Shown piece after piece: positions 61,645 to 64,000 of a stretch of DNA of 64,000 nucleotides. A model generated the notes under the pieces. That model saw only the letters and a list, made by a program, of their open reading frames with translations, did not search any database and was not told the origin of the DNA. Each line of letters begins with the position of its first letter. Position 1 is the stretch's first letter. Both the position numbers and the translations under genes were made by a program. This DNA comes from Eukaryota sp. GEM-RC1 (lineage: Eukaryota). The stretch is from assembly GCA_040285855.1 (NCBI GenBank), contig JAUFOQ010000016.1, positions 2,108,001 through 2,172,000 on the forward strand, in the 5' to 3' direction.

Positions 61645-64000
61645 ATGAATCGTTCTCTTGCTGGCTTGTTCTGTGCTGTACTCTGTGTCACATTAGTGAC
61701 TGTCGAGGGTTATACGATAAATTCGGATACTAACCTTGGCCCAGGTTCATATACCAATGTGTATTGGAATTCAGGAAGCTTAACTGCCACTGATTTAGTG
61801 GTCGGTACATTGTATCTGTCAGCAACTTCACCAGTTCAGTTTTCAGGTCAGATGACCGTGAGCTCTGTTGTTGTGAATGGACGCTTGTACTTGATCAGCG
61901 GCGCAGAAGGCTCGGTAATTCGTACATCGGACCTTTCCGTCGAACCGCACTCCTTCCTGTCAAGTTCGGTACCCTTCACTGTTTCTAACGATATCAGCGT
62001 TACTCTTGGTTTTCTCTCCCTTGACACTACAGAGTTCCGTCTCACTCCAAATCGTTGGATCATTTCTAAATCTGTAGTCCGGCTTCTGAACACATCGGCT
62101 GTGCCTTTGGGCGAAGCTCACACCTCATCACAAGTTGAACTGTCCGACAGTGTTCTGGAACTCGTCTCAGGCCGCCCCTTCCAAGTAACCGGATCTCTTT
62201 CCCTCAGACATGGTAGTTTAAGAGGCCACGACGTCATCATTACTGACGATTTTTCCATGGCTTCCGCTGAACTCCAAGCTTCTAAAGTAATCACCGATGG
62301 TAATTCAGGACTCTCCCACTTCTCCTTCCTCCGTCCAACCACTACTCTCATCAACAATGGAAACTTGCATATCGGCCATCTCAACACTTTCTCTCTTCCT
62401 TATCTCTACTTTGAAGATCTTACCGGTTTCATCAACCAAGGCACCACTCTACTCGATGACGTCTTAGCCTTTTACCGCTACAACCATGACTGCTCCACCC
62501 ACGATAACGCTCCTTTCCTTTTGAACCATGGCTCTCTCACGAAGCAATCCTCTAACTCTGATGCTGAAAAGTTTGAAACTGATATCCACTTCTCAAGTGA
62601 CGGTGACTTCACACTAGCCAAAGATCATTCCTTCAGACTTTCTGGTCGTTTTGACTATGATCGTCGTCACTTCATCAGAGGTAGTGCTACCTTGGGTGAG
62701 TCTTCCAGGTTCTTCTTATGGGAGGATACTCTTCATCTTACTAGTCCTTCCAGTCTTGTAGGACCCCTCTCTGTCTTTCATTTGGAAACTGATGACGCGA
62801 TGTTGATTGTTGATGGTATCTTTGATCTCAATAAGCGTCTGGACCAAACCTTTGGCCGAGTTGATTTTAGCGCTAATGCCACGTATGATCTTGATCAGGT
62901 TATTGCTACTAACAACGTTGTGTACAACTTCTTTGCTGATCAATCCCCGAAAACCAATCATCTTGAGATAGTTTCCCTTTCTGACGACTCTGCAGTTGCT
63001 TTCCATCAAATCTCCAAGGATTTCGTCTTTGAGACCATCTCTGTTAGGGATAATGCTGTGTTAACCCTCCATTGTGTCAATGGAACTAATACCATTAACC
63101 GATTCCATATTGAATCTGGCACTATCGCCAAACTAGGTGGAGGATGTGGATTCACTTTCACTGATGACTTCATTCTTGATGGAGATGTTGAATTTGATGA
63201 CGTTGGTGATGACGTGCGTTTTCCTAATCTGACAATTGACACTAATATCATCAAAATTCCCTCGATTAATGGCTCTTTTGTCGTAGATGGTAAATTGAAC
63301 GTGACTGATGGGGAGCTAATCATTGGAGACATTGAAGATGATTTCATTGTCAAAGGACCTATCTACTGTACTAATGGAAAAATCATTGTTAACAGCGTTG
63401 GTAGAAACTTTGGAGCAGAGGAATTATATTTGGATAATTGTGAACTCGTGATCACCAATATCGGTGAGAATGCAACTGTTGATGATGGTATTTCCGCTGT
63501 TGATTCCACATTGGTCCTTGACAAGATTGGAGATAACTTGGATGTTGGTGGCTCTGTTGGTTGCAAGAGATGTACAATTAGATCAACAACTGGAGATGCT
63601 GACTTTAAAGACAAAATTGTGATCGAAGATGACTCTACTTTTGACCTTGTAATCACTCATCCTGATAGGGAAGTTTCCTTTGAACTTGACCTTTCTGATT
63701 CCACTTTTGATCTGGTACACAATGGCACAGATGTCACCTTTGTTGATACTGATGTGGTTAATGCTGTTATTGATTTAGTAAATACTGGTAAAGATGGCAA
63801 GGATGATGTTACTTTTGAAGATGATCTCTTTTGTGAACAGGGAAAAATTACTATCGATTACATTTCCAACAATTTCAATGCCGATGAATTAATTCTCAAT
63901 CATTGCGAGTTTTTAATTGGTAAAATCGGCGAAAACGGTACCATTTCTAAAAACATTTCTGCCATTGATTCCACATTGGTCCTTGATAAAATTGACGAAA
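61645..64000 (+). CDS. Large secreted or surface protein, beta-helix/adhesin-like (3' partial)
   Basis: ORF is open from ATG 61645 to the window end (absent from the ORF track because it has no stop). Signal peptide MNRSLAGLFCAVLCVTLVTVEG; G/T/D/N/V/I-rich beta-strand repeats. Confidence 0.85.
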   Translation, partial: MNRSLAGLFCAVLCVTLVTVEGYTINSDTNLGPGSYTNVYWNSGSLTATDLVVGTLYLSATSPVQFSGQMTVSSVVVNGRLYLISGAEGSVIRTSDLSVEPHSFLSSSVPFTVSNDISVTLGFLSLDTTEFRLTPNRWIISKSVVRLLNTSAVPLGEAHTSSQVELSDSVLELVSGRPFQVTGSLSLRHGSLRGHDVIITDDFSMASAELQASKVITDGNSGLSHFSFLRPTTTLINNGNLHIGHLNTFSLPYLYFEDLTGFINQGTTLLDDVLAFYRYNHDCSTHDNAPFLLNHGSLTKQSSNSDAEKFETDIHFSSDGDFTLAKDHSFRLSGRFDYDRRHFIRGSATLGESSRFFLWEDTLHLTSPSSLVGPLSVFHLETDDAMLIVDGIFDLNKRLDQTFGRVDFSANATYDLDQVIATNNVVYNFFADQSPKTNHLEIVSLSDDSAVAFHQISKDFVFETISVRDNAVLTLHCVNGTNTINRFHIESGTIAKLGGGCGFTFTDDFILDGDVEFDDVGDDVRFPNLTIDTNIIKIPSINGSFVVDGKLNVTDGELIIGDIEDDFIVKGPIYCTNGKIIVNSVGRNFGAEELYLDNCELVITNIGENATVDDGISAVDSTLVLDKIGDNLDVGGSVGCKRCTIRSTTGDADFKDKIVIEDDSTFDLVITHPDREVSFELDLSDSTFDLVHNGTDVTFVDTDVVNAVIDLVNTGKDGKDDVTFEDDLFCEQGKITIDYISNNFNADELILNHCEFLIGKIGENGTISKNISAIDSTLVLDKIDE

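Overview
This is eukaryotic nuclear DNA from an AT-rich, very compact protist-like genome with the standard genetic code (TAA, TAG and TGA all end housekeeping genes), 28-32 nt GT-AG introns and head-to-head genes under 50 bp apart. A metamonad-like anaerobe is a guess only. Host genes include an Arc1/AIMP1-like tRNA-binding protein, an LRR-SH3 protein, PUM3/Puf6, UBE2C, a Wee1/Myt1 kinase, a Tudor protein, a KY-like protein, a RasGEF, a divergent actin, a Josephin, SerRS, a calmodulin-like protein, a CEP95-like protein, a RING-UBX protein and a large surface protein. These alternate with nests of transposons: CRE/SLACS-like RT-REL retrotransposons, hAT, MULE and pogo elements with readable TIRs and TSDs, and a Ty3/gypsy RT remnant. 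Many genes are split at homopolymer runs, which suggests long-read indel errors. The standout is a Fanzor1 (eukaryotic TnpB-like RNA-guided nuclease) locus at about 43.8-47.8 kb. It has an intact RuvC D-E-D triad, a nested-hairpin omegaRNA-like scaffold over its 3' end and a C-terminal CCHC knuckle. It also appears to be fused at its N-terminus to a degenerate family-B DNA polymerase 3'-5' exonuclease-like domain (reconstructed about 1284 aa). It sits with no visible transposase or TIRs directly upstream of the SerRS gene.
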